Source: an uncultured Actinomycetota bacterium (GTDB lineage Bacteria > Actinomycetota > Actinomycetes > Actinomycetales > CAWJMD01). Taken from it: a stretch of 64,000 nucleotides of DNA. Each line of letters begins with the position of its first letter. Position 1 is the first letter of the stretch. A model generated the notes under the pieces. It searched no databases and was not told the DNA's origin. It saw only the letters and a list, made by a program, of their open reading frames with translations. The stretch is from positions 155,796 through 219,795 of the forward strand of contig OY970255.1 in NCBI GenBank assembly GCA_963715595.1, written 5' to 3'. This document shows, piece after piece, positions 1-9,146 of the stretch. Position numbers and translations under genes: made by a program.

Positions 1-151
1 GGCCCTCGCTCCAGGGGATGTAGTCGTGCGGCATCCAGTCCTTGGCGATCGCGATGTGCCGCTCGAGGTTCTCGGAGACGACCGGCTCGAGGTCGATGAG
101 CATCCGGGTCTGCAGCTCGGCCTGCCGGTCCTGGTCGTCCAGGGTGGTCAT
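1..151 (-). CDS. acyl-ACP desaturase (DesA type), first ~50 codons only; gene runs off the left edge
   Basis: Reverse-complement translation from the ATG at 151-149 gives MTTLDDQDRQAELQTRMLIDLEPVVSENLERHIAIAKDWMPHDYIPWSEG. The LEPVV...HDYIPWS[DE]G block matches the N-terminus of mycobacterial DesA1/DesA2-type soluble desaturases. Absent from the ORF track because it is truncated. Confidence 0.65.
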   Translation of the reverse strand, partial: MTTLDDQDRQAELQTRMLIDLEPVVSENLERHIAIAKDWMPHDYIPWSEG

Positions 152-277
152 GACGCCTCCCAGCGGTTCCGTCGCCCGCGCGCGGCGCGCACGTCGTTGA
201 CTACGCCACCGTAACCTACGTGTGCGTAAGCGACGAGCCCGTCGCCGACCGCCCCTGGCAGACTGCGGCCCCAGCAG

Positions 278-351
278 TCCCCCGTCGTCCAACGGCAGGA
301 CAGCGGTCTTTGGAACCGCGAATCGAGGTTCGAGTCCTCGCGGGGGAGCCA
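278..351 (+). tRNA. tRNA-Gln (anticodon UUG), CCA encoded
   Basis: Hand-folded cloverleaf. Acceptor tcccccg/cggggga, D stem gtcc/ggac, anticodon stem gcggt/accgc with loop cTTTGga (anticodon TTG), T arm cgagg-ttcgagt-cctcg, discriminator g, then cca. 74 nt. Confidence 0.85.
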
Positions 352-428
352 CCGGGGGTACCCCGCCGCGCGGGTACAGTCGGCGCCTCGGTCCACCCTC
401 CGCCCCCGCCCACGAGGAGACCGAACGC

Positions 429-1952
429 GTGCGCCCCAGCCGTCCGGCAGCCGCCGTGGTCCTCGCCGCCGGCGAGGGCACCAGGATGAAGTCGTCGACC
501 CCCAAGGTGCTGCACGCGATCGGGGGGCGCTCCCTGCTCGGGCACGCGCTGGCCGCCGCCGCGTCGACCGACCCCGAGCACCTGGTCGTGGTGGTGCGGC
601 ACGGACGCGACGCGGTCGCCGCGCACGTCGGCGAGGTCGCGCCGGCAGGCGGTCGTCGCCGACCAGGACGACGTGCCCGGGACCGGCCGCGCGGTGCAGT
701 GCGGGCTGGAGGCGCTGGCCCGGACCGCCGAGGGCGCGGGCGCGTCCGGCACGGTGCTGGTCACCTACGGCGACGTCCCGCTGCTGGACGGCGCGACCCT
801 GCGCGACCTGGTCGCCGTGCACGAGGCCGGCGGCCACGCGGTCACCGTCGTCACGGCCGAGGTCGACGACCCCACGGGCTACGGCCGGGTGCTGCGCGAC
901 GAGCAGGGCGGCGTCACCGGCGTCGTCGAGCACAAGGACGCCGACGAGGCGCAGCGCGCCGTCCGCGAGATCAACTCCGGCATCTACGCCTTCGACGGCG
1001 CGGTCCTGGCCGACGCCCTCTCCCGGGTGGGCCGCGACAACGCGCAGGGCGAGATGTACCTCACCGACGTGCTGCGGCTGGCCCGCGACGGCGGGGGCAG
1101 CGTCGCCGCGCACCGCGTCGACGACGTCTGGCAGACCGAGGGCGTCAACGACCGGGTGCAGCTCGCGCGGATGGGCGCCGAGCTGAACCGGCGGCTGGTC
1201 GAGGGCTGGATGCGCGAGGGCGTCACCGTCGTCGACCCCGCCACCACCTGGGTCGACGCCGACGTCGTCCTGGCGCGCGACGTCACCCTGCTGCCGGGCA
1301 CCCAGCTGCTCGGCGCGACGGCCGTGGCCGAGGGCGCGGCCGTCGGCCCCGACAGCACCCTGCGCGACTGCGAGGTGGGGGAGGGCGCGTCGGTCGTGCG
1401 CTCGCACGCCGAGGGCGCGCGCATCGGCGCCGGTGCCACCGTCGGCCCGTTCAGCTTCCTGCGCCCCGGCACGGTGCTCGGCGCCAGGGGCAAGATCGGC
1501 GCCTTCGTCGAGACCAAGAACGCCGAGATCGGCGACGGCGCCAAGGTGCCGCACCTCACCTACGCCGGCGACGTGCGGATCGGCGAGGGCGCCAACATCG
1601 GCGCCGGCACGATCTTCGCCAACTACGACGGCGTGGCCAAGCACCGCACCACGGTCGGACGCCACAGCTTCGTCGGCTCCGACTCGGTGCTCGTCGCGCC
1701 GGTCGCGGTCGCCGACGGCGCCTACGTCGCCGCCGGGTCCACGATCACGCAGGACGTGCCCGGCCGGCGCGATCGCCGTCGCCCGCGGGCAGCAGCGCAA
1801 CGTGGCCGGGCTGGGTCGCGCGCCGCCGCGCCGGCACCGCCACCGCCGAGGCCGCCCGCCAGGCGGTCGAGCAGCAGGCGGGCGACGAGCAGGCCACCGA
1901 GCAGCAGGACCCGCACCCCCACCAGCACGCCCAGGAAGAGGCACAGCGATGA
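429..1952 (+). CDS. glmU: bifunctional GlcNAc-1-P uridyltransferase / GlcN-1-P acetyltransferase GlmU; frame broken by about 3 single-nt indels
   Basis: N-terminus [17 protein letters not shown] is in frame 3 from the GTG at 429. The body (GTGRAV, LbH hexapeptide repeats, NYDG) is in frame 1. The tail [14 protein letters not shown] is in frame 2 and WVARRRAG...EEAQR* in frame 3. Shifts lie near 644, 1765 and 1808. The stop overlaps the prs start (ATGA). Confidence 0.9.
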   Translation: MRPSRPAAAVVLAAGEGTRMKSSTPKVLHAIGGRSLLGHALAAAASTDPEHLVVVVRHGRDAVAAHVGEVAPAGGRRRPGRRARDRPRGAVRAGGAGPDRRGRGRVRHGAGHLRRRPAAGRRDPARPGRRARGRRPRGHRRHGRGRRPHGLRPGAARRAGRRHRRRRAQGRRRGAARRPRDQLRHLRLRRRGPGRRPLPGGPRQRAGRDVPHRRAAAGPRRRGQRRRAPRRRRLADRGRQRPGAARADGRRAEPAAGRGLDARGRHRRRPRHHLGRRRRRPGARRHPAAGHPAARRDGRGRGRGRRPRQHPARLRGGGGRVGRALARRGRAHRRRCHRRPVQLPAPRHGARRQGQDRRLRRDQERRDRRRRQGAAPHLRRRRADRRGRQHRRRHDLRQLRRRGQAPHHGRTPQLRRLRLGARRAGRGRRRRLRRRRVHDHAGRARPARSPSPAGSSATWPGWVARRRAGTATAEAARQAVEQQAGDEQATEQQDPHPHQHAQEEAQR

Positions 1953-2923
1953 CCGGCATCACCACCACGGGCGAGAAGCGCCTCGTCCTGATCAGCGGCC
2001 GGGCGCACCCCGACCTGGCCGCCGAGGTCGCCTCCGAGCTGGGCGTCGAGCTGGTGCCCACCAGCGCGTACGACTTCGCCAACGGCGAGATCTACGTGCG
2101 CTACGGCGAGAGCGTGCGCGGGTGCGACGCGTTCGTGCTGCAGAGCCACACCGCGCCGATCAACCAGTGGCTCATGGAGCAGCTGATCATGTGCGACGCG
2201 CTCAAGCGCGCCTCGGTCAAGCGCACCACGGTGGTCGCGCCGTTCTTCCCCTACGCCCGCCAGGACAAGAAGCACCGCGGGCGCGAGCCGATCTCGGCCC
2301 GCCTGGTCGCCGACCTGTACAAGACCGCCGGCGCCGACCGGCTGATCAGCGTCGACCTGCACGCGGCGCAGATCCAGGGGTACTTCGACGGCCCGGTCGA
2401 CCACCTGTGGGCCCTGCCGCTGCTCGCCGACTACGTGCGCACGCGGGTCGACCGCTCCCGCCTGACGGTCGTCTCCCCGGACGCCGGCCGCGTCCGCGTC
2501 GCCGACCTGTGGTCCGACCGGCTCGGCGCCCCGCTGGCGATCATCCACAAGCGGCGCGACCCCAACGTGCCGAACCAGGTGAAGGTGCACGAGGTCGTCG
2601 GCGACGTCGACGGCCGGATCTGCCTGCTGGTCGACGACATGATCGACACGGCCGGGACGATCGTGCAGGCCGCCGAGGCGCTCAAGGAGAACGGCGCGGC
2701 CGACGTGATCGTCGCCGCCACCCACGCGGTGCTGTCGGGCCCGGCGGTCGACCGGCTGAAGAACGGCCCGATCTCCGAGGTCGTCGTCACCAACACCCTC
2801 CCGATCCCCGAGGAGCGGATGTTCCCGTCGCTGACGGTGCTGTCGATCGCGCCGCTGCTCGCCCGGGCGATCCGCGAGGTCTTCGACGACGGCTCGGTCA
2901 CCAGCCTGTTCGAGGACCACTGA
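1949..2923 (+). CDS. prs: ribose-phosphate pyrophosphokinase
   Basis: Intact [20 protein letters not shown]...PYARQDKK...[11 protein letters not shown]... with the PRPP synthetase signature and PRPP-binding loop. It sits in the classical glmU-prs pair. Confidence 0.95.
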   Translation: MTGITTTGEKRLVLISGRAHPDLAAEVASELGVELVPTSAYDFANGEIYVRYGESVRGCDAFVLQSHTAPINQWLMEQLIMCDALKRASVKRTTVVAPFFPYARQDKKHRGREPISARLVADLYKTAGADRLISVDLHAAQIQGYFDGPVDHLWALPLLADYVRTRVDRSRLTVVSPDAGRVRVADLWSDRLGAPLAIIHKRRDPNVPNQVKVHEVVGDVDGRICLLVDDMIDTAGTIVQAAEALKENGAADVIVAATHAVLSGPAVDRLKNGPISEVVVTNTLPIPEERMFPSLTVLSIAPLLARAIREVFDDGSVTSLFEDH

Positions 2924-2946
2924 CGGATCGGTCGGGACGGCGCGCG

Positions 2947-3399
2947 ATGAGGCTCACCGCACGGGTCGACTACGCCCTGCGAGCCGCGTGCGCGCTGGCG
3001 GCGGCCGAGCGCGACGCGCCGGGCAGCTGGAGCACCAGCGACCACGTGGCGGTCGCCGAGGGAGTGCCCCAGCGCTTCCTGGAGGCGATCCTGCGCGACC
3101 TGCGCCGCGCGGGCGTCGTCGACTCCCGCCGCGGCCAGGACGGCGGGCACCGGCTCGCGGTCGACGCCGGCGCGGTCTCGCTCGCCGACCTGATCCGGGC
3201 CGTCGACGGGCCGCTCGCCCTGGTGCGCGGCACCCGCCCCGAGAACCTGGACTACCAGGGGGCCAGCGTGCACCTGCAGCAGGTGTGGGTGGCGCTGCGC
3301 GCCGCCGAGCGACGCATCCTCGAGGGCACCACCCTCGCCCACGTCATCGCGGCCGACGGCCTCCCGGACGACGTCCGCGCGCTCGTCGGCGACGCCTGA
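2947..3399 (+). CDS. Rrf2-family transcriptional regulator
   Basis: MRLTARVDYALRAACALAAAE...VAVAEGVPQRFLEAILRDLRRAGVVDSRRGQDGGHRLA is the typical Rrf2 winged-HTH N-terminal domain. About 150 aa. It is the only transcription factor in the window. Confidence 0.8.
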   Translation: MRLTARVDYALRAACALAAAERDAPGSWSTSDHVAVAEGVPQRFLEAILRDLRRAGVVDSRRGQDGGHRLAVDAGAVSLADLIRAVDGPLALVRGTRPENLDYQGASVHLQQVWVALRAAERRILEGTTLAHVIAADGLPDDVRALVGDA

Positions 3400-3584
3400 G
3401 CGCACCCCCACCCGCGCGCAGGAGCGCCACTGACCCGCCCGGGTGAGACGGCGTCCCGCGGGGTGGGAATCCGCCCTGGACGGCTGGACCGAGCTCCCTC
3501 CTCGTGCCAGAGTCGCCAAGTCCGACCGAACTGGTCGACTTCATCGGACCGCGCTCCGCGCGCGGTCGAGAGGGGATCGCGCTC

Positions 3585-4519
3585 ATGCGTCGGTGGATCG
3601 TGCTGGCACTGGTGGGGCTGGCGGCACAGCTGGTCGACGGCAGCCTGGGGATGGCCTACGGCGTCACCTCGACCACCCTGCTGCTCGCGGCCGGCACGGC
3701 CCCGGCGATGGCGTCGGCGTCGGTGCACCTCGCGGAGGTCGGCACGACCCTGGCGTCGGGGGCCTCGCACTGGAGGCTCGGCAACGTCGACTGGTCGGTG
3801 GTGCGCCGGATCGCCCTCCCCGGTGCGATCGGCGCGTTCCTCGGCGCCACCGTGCTGTCGCACCTCAGCACCGAGTGGGCCGCGCCGTGGATGTCGGCCC
3901 TGCTGCTCGGCGCTCGGCGTCTACGTCCTGGTGCGGTTCACCTTCGGCAGCATCGCCCGCCGCGCCGGGCGGGTCCGCTCGCGCTTCCTGGTCCCCGTCG
4001 GCCTCGTCGGCGGCTTCATCGACGCCAGCGGCGGCGGCGGCTGGGGCCCGGTGGCCACGCCCGCGCTGCTGAGCAGCGGCAGGATGGAGCCCCGCACGGT
4101 GATCGGCACCGTCGACACGTCCGAGTTCGCGGTGTCGGTCGCCGCCAGCCTGGGCTTCTTCCTCGGCCTCGGCTCGGAGGTGCTCGACCTGCAGGTCGTC
4201 ACGGCGCTGCTCGCCGGCGGCGTCGTCGCGGCGCCCGATCGCCGCCTGGCTGGTGCGCCTGGTGCCGCCGCGCCTGCTCGGTGCCGCCGTGGGCGGGCTG
4301 ATCGTCCTGACGAACTCGCGCACGATCCTGCGGTCCTTCGACCTCGAGGCCGACCTCGGCTGGACCGTCTACGCCCTCGTGGTGGTGCTGTGGGCCACCG
4401 CGCTGGCCGTCGCCCTGCGCAGGCACCGCGCCGAGCGGGCCGTGGCGGCGGGCGCCGACGCCGGTCCGGCCGAGCGCGACGACGACCGCGACGACGACCG
4501 GGTCCCCGACCCCGTCTAG
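3585..4519 (+). CDS. TauE/SafE-family anion (sulfite/sulfonate-type) permease; 2 frameshifts
   Basis: Multi-TM protein MRRWIVLALVGLAAQLVDGSLGMAYGV...GGGGWGP...LLAGGVVAAP...LVPPRLLGAAVGGLIVL. Segments lie in frames 3, 1 and 2, with shifts near 3912 and 4237. The family call rests on the glycine-rich TM motifs. Confidence 0.7.
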
Positions 4520-4762
4520 GCGCCGCAGCCGGTTTCGTGCCGCGAGGCCGCGACGGCTACACTCTCCCGGTTGCCTCGGCGAGGGAGGTGGCACGGACCG
4601 AGCCCACGGCTCGGACCGGCCGCTCCGTGATCGACGCGGTGGGTCCGTCCCCCACGGTCGGTGCGCGCGCCTGCCGTGCCGCGTCCCGCGTCGAGGCCGT
4701 CCGCACCACCGGACCGCGTCGTGAGACGTCCCGGACCCGCCACGACCGAGGAGCCTCCCCGC

Positions 4763-5465
4763 ATGTCCGAGATCAAGCTGTCCGCCCAGGCCCGTACCGA
4801 GTTCGGCAAGGGCGCCGCCCGCCGCATCCGCCGCGCCGACCAGATCCCGGCCGTCGTCTACGGCCACGGCAGCGACCCGCAGCACATCGCCCTGCCGGGC
4901 CACGACACGATGCTGGCGCTGAAGAACTCCAACGCCCTGCTGTCGATCGTGGTCGGCGACGCCAAGCCCGTCCTGGCCCTGGCCAAGGACGTCCAGCGCG
5001 ACCCGGTCCGGCAGGTCATCGAGCACGTCGACCTCGTCATCGTCCGCCGCGGCGAGAAGGTCCAGGTCGACGTCTCCGTCCACGTCGTCGGGCGAGGCCG
5101 CGCCCCGAGACCGTCGTCACGGTCGAGAACCAGACCCTGCTGCTCGAGGTCGAGGCCACCCACATCCCCGAGCAGGTCGAGGTCTCCGTCGAGGGGCTGC
5201 GCGCCGGCACCCAGGTGCATCGCCAGCCAGCTCACCCTCCCCGAGGGCGCCGTCGCTCGTGACCGAGGACGACCTGCTCGTCGTGAACGTCACCCAGCAG
5301 ATCACCGCCGAGGCCCTGGAGGCCGAGCTCGCCGAGGCCGAGGCCGAGGCCGGCATCGAGCGCGAGGAGTCCGACGAGGAGCAGGCCGAGGCCGAGGCCG
5401 CCGAGGGCGAGAGCACCGAGGGCGAGGGCGGCGACGCCTCCGAGGGCGACGCCGGCACCGAGTGA
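4763..5465 (+). CDS. rplY: 50S ribosomal protein L25 / general stress protein Ctc; several frameshifts
   Basis: [36 protein letters not shown]...[15 protein letters not shown] is the L25 N-domain, followed by a Ctc-type C-domain and an acidic tail. Single extra bases in homopolymer runs at 5090 (ggg) and 5106 (cccc), plus shifts near 5218 and 5255, move the frame 2>3>1>2>3. Confidence 0.85.
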
Positions 5466-6106
5466 GCGGCGCCACCGCCACCCCGCCGGGACCCACGACG
5501 AGCAGCCGCACCCCGGCCCGTTCCTCGTCGTGGGCCTCGGCAACCCGGGGCCGCAGTACGCCGGCAACCGGCACAACGTCGGGCAGATGGTGCTCGACGA
5601 CGTGGTCGCCTCCGCGCGCGAGCAGTGGCGCACCCACAAGTCGCGGGCCGCGGTGGCCGAGGCTGCGTCTCGGCACCCTGCCCGGCGGCGCGCCCGGCCC
5701 CAAGGTCGTGCTGGCCAAGCCGTCGTCCTACATGAACGTCTCGGGCGGCCCGGTCGCCGGCCTGGCCCAGTTCTTCTCGATCGCCGCCGAGCAGGTGCTG
5801 GTCGTCCACGACGAGCTCGACCTGCCGTTCGGCACCGTGCGGCTCAAGCGCGGGGGCGGCGAGGGCGGCCACAACGGGCTGCGCGACATCAGCAAGGCGC
5901 TGGGCAGCAAGCAGTACGTCCGCGTCCGGGTCGGCATCGGGCGCCCGCCCGGACGGATGGACCCGGCCGACTTCGTGCTGCGAGACTTCAGCCCGACCGA
6001 GCGCAAGGAGCTGCCGTTCCTGCTCGGCGACGCCGCCGACGCGGTCGAGCTGGTCGTCCTGCGCGGCCTGGTGGCCGCCCAGCAGGTCGTGCACCGCCCG
6101 ACCTGA
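5462..6106 (+). CDS. pth: peptidyl-tRNA hydrolase; two compensating frameshifts
   Basis: [21 protein letters not shown] and YMNVSG...[13 protein letters not shown] are Pth signatures. The likely start is the GTG at 5462, which overlaps the rplY stop (GTGA) in frame 2. The core motif is in frame 1 and returns to frame 2 near 5685. The start is uncertain; the track ORF starts at 5530. Confidence 0.8.
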   Translation: MSGATATPPGPTTSSRTPARSSSWASATRGRSTPATGTTSGRWCSTTWSPPRASSGAPTSRGPRWPRLRLGTLPGGAPGPKVVLAKPSSYMNVSGGPVAGLAQFFSIAAEQVLVVHDELDLPFGTVRLKRGGGEGGHNGLRDISKALGSKQYVRVRVGIGRPPGRMDPADFVLRDFSPTERKELPFLLGDAADAVELVVLRGLVAAQQVVHRPT

Positions 6107-6118
6107 CACCCTTTGGTT

Positions 6119-6160
6119 GCCCCGGTGAGGTGACGGGGCCACCCGGGGACCCCCGGGTGG
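6119..6160 (+). terminator. two adjacent GC hairpins downstream of pth
   Basis: Hairpin 1 is gccccg-gtgaggtga-cggggc (6119-6139). Hairpin 2 is the near-perfect palindrome ccacccgggg-ac-ccccgggtgg (6139-6160). There is no U tract, as is usual in high-GC actinobacteria. Confidence 0.4.
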
Positions 6161-6339
6161 ACCAACAGCGGCCGTACCGTCTCCCGGTTCCGGTGACCGC
6201 CGACTACCCTTCGGAGCACCGGACGGGTCCAACGGGTGGGCCGGCCGGGACGAACTGGGGGCACACCAGGTGGTAACCGAGCACGGGACACGGATCGGCG
6301 ACGCGCGTCGCCGACGTCGCATCCCTCGAGCGTCCCGAC

Positions 6340-7880
6340 GTGATCGACCTCGAGGCCGCGCACCGCGAGATCGAGCGACGAGGAGCACCCTCGCGCGAGC
6401 GCCAGTCCTGGGCGACCGGTCTGCCGTTCGTCGGTCGAGGGACCCGACCAGGTCGTCGCGCGCGCCGCCGAGCGGCGCGCCGCCCGCACCGCCCGGGTGC
6501 TGCGCCGGGTGGTCGCCACCGACCTGGTGCTCGCCGCCGCCGTCATGACGGTGACGCCTCGTCGGCCTCCTCGGCGGTGGCGCCGCCGCCGTCCTCGGCC
6601 TGGCCGCCGGCACCGCGTGGGTGGCGCTGCTCGCCCTGCTGCGCGGGTACGACCGCCGCCGCGTCGGCGACGGCCCGGAGGAGTTCCAGTCGCCGTGCTG
6701 CGCGGCGGCCGTCATCGCGGTCGCCGCGTCGGGCCTCGCTCGCCTACCGCCTCGAGCTGTTCCTGCCGCGCCGCGTCGTGCTCGTCGCGATCCCGCTGAT
6801 CGGCCGCGCTGACGCTGATCGGGCGCTACGCCTGGCGCCGGTGGCTGCACACCCGCCGCGCGCCCGGCGTCGACGTCGCCCGCACCCTGGTCGTCGGCGA
6901 CGGCCCGGCCGTGGCCGAGGTCGTCCGCGACCTGCGCCGCGAGCCGTACCACGGCCTCGTCCGTCGTCGGCGCCTGCGTGCCCGCGTACGCGGCTCCGAC
7001 GTCGACGAGACCGCCGGCGCCGCCGATGCTCGGCGTCATCTCCGAGGTGCCGCAGGTCGTGCGTCGACCACGACGATCGACACCGTGATCGTCGTCGGCT
7101 CCCAGCTCACCGGGCAGCCGCTGCGGCGCCTGTCGTGGGCGCTGGAGCACACCGGCGCCGAGCTGATGGTCGCCCCCGGCCTGGTCGAGGTCACCGGCCC
7201 CAACGTCGACCCTGCACCCCGCCGCGGGCCTGTCGCTGCTGCGGGTCGAGCGACCTGCCGCGCGCTCCGGCCGGCTGGCTCGCCAAGTCGGCCCTCGACC
7301 GCGGCCTCGGCGGCTGCTGCTGTTCCTCGCGGCCGCTCCCGGTCATCGGTGTCGCCGCGCTCGCTGGTCCGGGCCACGAGCCCCGGCCCGGCCTTCTACG
7401 CCCAGCAGCGGGTCGGTCGCGACGGCGCCGAGTTCACGATGTGGAAGCTGCGCAGCATGGTGGTCGACGCCGACCAGCTGCGTCGACCGAGCTGGCCGAC
7501 GCAGGACGAGGGCGACGGGCTGCTGTTCAAGATGCGCAGCGACCCGCGGGTCACCGCCGGTGGGCCGGGTGCTGCGCCGGCTCTCGCTCGACGAGCTGCC
7601 GCAGCTGTGGAACGTGGTGACGCGGCGACATGTCGCTCGTCGGCCCGCGTCCGCCGCTGCCGCAGGAGTACGCCCAGTACCACGACGACGGTGCACCGCC
7701 GGCTGCGGGTGCAAGCCCGGCCTCACCGGCCTGTGGCAGGTCAGCGGGCGCTCCGACCTGTCGTGGGAGGAGTCGATCCGGCTCGACCTGCGCTACGTCG
7801 ACAACTGGTCGGCGGCGATGGACCTGCAGATCCTGTGGAAGACGGCCCGCGCCGTCGTCTCGGGTGCCGGCGCCTACTGA
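6340..7880 (+). CDS. exopolysaccharide polyprenyl glycosylphosphotransferase (WbaP/bacterial sugar transferase family); heavily frameshifted
   Basis: The C-terminal catalytic domain reads SPGPAFYAQQRVGRDGAEFTMWKLRSM...DGLLFKMRSDPRVT...LRRLSLDELPQLWNVV...MSLVGPRPPLPQEY...KPGLTGLWQVSGRSDLSWEESIRLDLRYVDNWS. The upstream CoA-binding-like region (TLVVGDGPAVAEVVRDL...IDTVIVVGS) and TM segments are spread over all three frames, with at least 6 shifts. The start is uncertain. Confidence 0.8.
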
Positions 7881-7972
7881 CGGCGTCACGCCAGCACTAC
7901 CGAACGGGCCTGTCCGGGGTCGTCCCCGGGCCGGCCCGTTCGGTCGTCCCGGCGCACGGGTACGGTCCCCGG

Positions 7973-8554
7973 ATGACCCAGGCACCCGTCGACCCTGCGC
8001 CGGGCGCGGGCCGCGCACCGGCACGGACCGGGCTGGGGGCGTTCCTGGTCGCCGGCGGTGTGGTGTGGGCGCTCACGGCGGCCCTGGCGGTGGTGGCCGC
8101 GGTCGTGCTGTCGTCGAGCTCGGACGTGGCGGCGACCTCGACGTTCGGTGCCGGTCAGACGGTGGTGGCTCCGGAGCCGGACGGGGTGCGCGGCCCGCTG
8201 GTCGTGTACGGGCAGGACGTGCCGGTGCGGGGGTCGAGGACGCTCGCGGCCGGGTGCGAGGTCGTCAGCCCGCGCGGCGGCGAGCGGATCGTGACGAGCG
8301 CACGCGGCGCGGACCCGATCACGGTCGACGGGGTCGACCTGGTCCCGCTGGTGCAGACGAGCGGGTGGCGACCGGGTGACTCGGTGACGTGCTCGGGTGA
8401 GGGCGCGTCGGCGCTGGCACCGTTCGCCGCGGTGCCGACGGGTGCGCCCGGGACGGCCCGGGCGGTCGCGGTCGCGCTGGCGGTCCTGGGCGCACTGGGC
8501 GCGGCGGTGTTCCTCGTGGGCGGCGCAGCGGTCCTGCGTCGTCGTCGCAGTTGA
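7973..8554 (+). CDS. hypothetical membrane protein (N- and C-terminal TM helices flanking an extracytoplasmic domain)
   Basis: Intact ORF from the ATG at 7973: MTQAPVDP...GLGAFLVAGGVVWALTAALAVVAAVVL...AVAVALAVLGALGAAVFLVGGAAVLRRRRS*. No recognisable family. Confidence 0.5.
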   Translation: MTQAPVDPAPGAGRAPARTGLGAFLVAGGVVWALTAALAVVAAVVLSSSSDVAATSTFGAGQTVVAPEPDGVRGPLVVYGQDVPVRGSRTLAAGCEVVSPRGGERIVTSARGADPITVDGVDLVPLVQTSGWRPGDSVTCSGEGASALAPFAAVPTGAPGTARAVAVALAVLGALGAAVFLVGGAAVLRRRRS

Positions 8555-8576
8555 CGGCACCGGTGCCCGGACGCGC

Positions 8577-8609
8577 GAGACCCCCGCCGGCAGGGCCGAC
8601 GGGGGTCTC
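8577..8609. terminator. bidirectional hairpin between convergent genes
   Basis: gagacccccg (8577-8586) pairs with cgggggtctc (8600-8609). This is a 10-bp perfect stem with a 13-nt loop, lying between the stops at 8554 (+) and 8628 (-). Confidence 0.55.
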
Positions 8610-8627
8610 TACGAGGAACGGGGTGGG

Positions 8628-8906
8628 TCAGGCGCGGCGGTTGCCCTGGGTGCGCGAGACGCGGTGCAGGAGGATGCCGCCACCGACGAGCGCGGCACCG
8701 ACGCCGGCCCCGAGGCCGAGCTCGGCACCGGTGAAGGCCAGCGCGCGGTTCTCGGTGCGGTCGGCGACCCGGGTCGCCGGGGCCACCGTGCTGCTGGTGG
8801 GCTCGACCGAGGTGGGCGGGTACGTGGCGGCGAGCGCCGGGGCGCCGCCGACGGCGGTGAGGCCGGCCACGAGGGCGGCAGAAGCGAGAACTCGGCGGTA
8901 CTTCAT
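8628..8906 (-). CDS. small secreted sortase substrate (LAFTG cell-wall sorting signal)
   Basis: MKYRRVLASAALVAGLTAVGGAPALA|ATYPPTSVEPTSS...LAFTG-AELGLGAGVGAALVGGGILL-HRVSRTQGNRRA*. This is a signal peptide, a short P/T/S-rich mature region, an LAxTG motif, a hydrophobic helix and a basic tail. An AGGGGG Shine-Dalgarno lies upstream of the ATG. Confidence 0.6.
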   Translation of the reverse strand: MKYRRVLASAALVAGLTAVGGAPALAATYPPTSVEPTSSTVAPATRVADRTENRALAFTGAELGLGAGVGAALVGGGILLHRVSRTQGNRRA

Positions 8907-9037
8907 GGACGAACCCCCTACGCCGCCTTCGCGGCCGTGATGCCTGGAGGACTGGTCCCCGGCACGAGTCTTGGCGCCGGGCGGTTCACCCGACGTGCAA
9001 ACGGTAACAGCATGTAGGTACCCGGCCCCACCGAATC

Positions 9038-9063
9038 GAGCAGGACGGCACCCCGTCCTGCTC
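9038..9063 (-). terminator. hairpin downstream of the DUF4012 gene
   Basis: gagcaggacgg-cacc-ccgtcctgctc is an 11-bp perfect stem with a 4-nt loop. It begins about 84 nt after the stop at 9147. Confidence 0.55.
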
Positions 9064-9146
9064 AGCAGTGCCGGAACGGGTGAACGCACCGTCGTCCCCA
9101 CGGCGGCGAGGTGACCCGATCGGAGGACGGCCGGCGCGCAGGCCCC

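Noticed and set aside
148-2082. 644-aa ORF on the minus strand opposite glmU/prs.
   Set aside because: It is a shadow ORF typical of very GC-rich DNA. The translation is an Arg/Gly/Ala/Pro-rich low-complexity string with no motifs, and it is fully overlapped by homology-supported genes on the other strand.
4763-6106. Frame changes in rplY and pth, considered as possible programmed ribosomal frameshifting.
   Set aside because: No slippery heptamer or stimulatory context was seen. The lesions sit in simple homopolymer runs, they sometimes occur as compensating pairs, and equivalent lesions are scattered over many unrelated genes.
9115-9124. A near-match cccgatcgga to the CCCGATCGGG palindrome between DUF4012 and the LAFTG gene, and a second near-match cccgatcggc at 63615-63624 inside eno.
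   Set aside because: Each is a 9 of 10 match. The first lies upstream of the terminator hairpin rather than in an obvious promoter, and the second is inside a coding sequence. They were not counted as sites, though the first has the same TGACCCGATCGG context as site 2 and may deserve inclusion after a genome-wide search.
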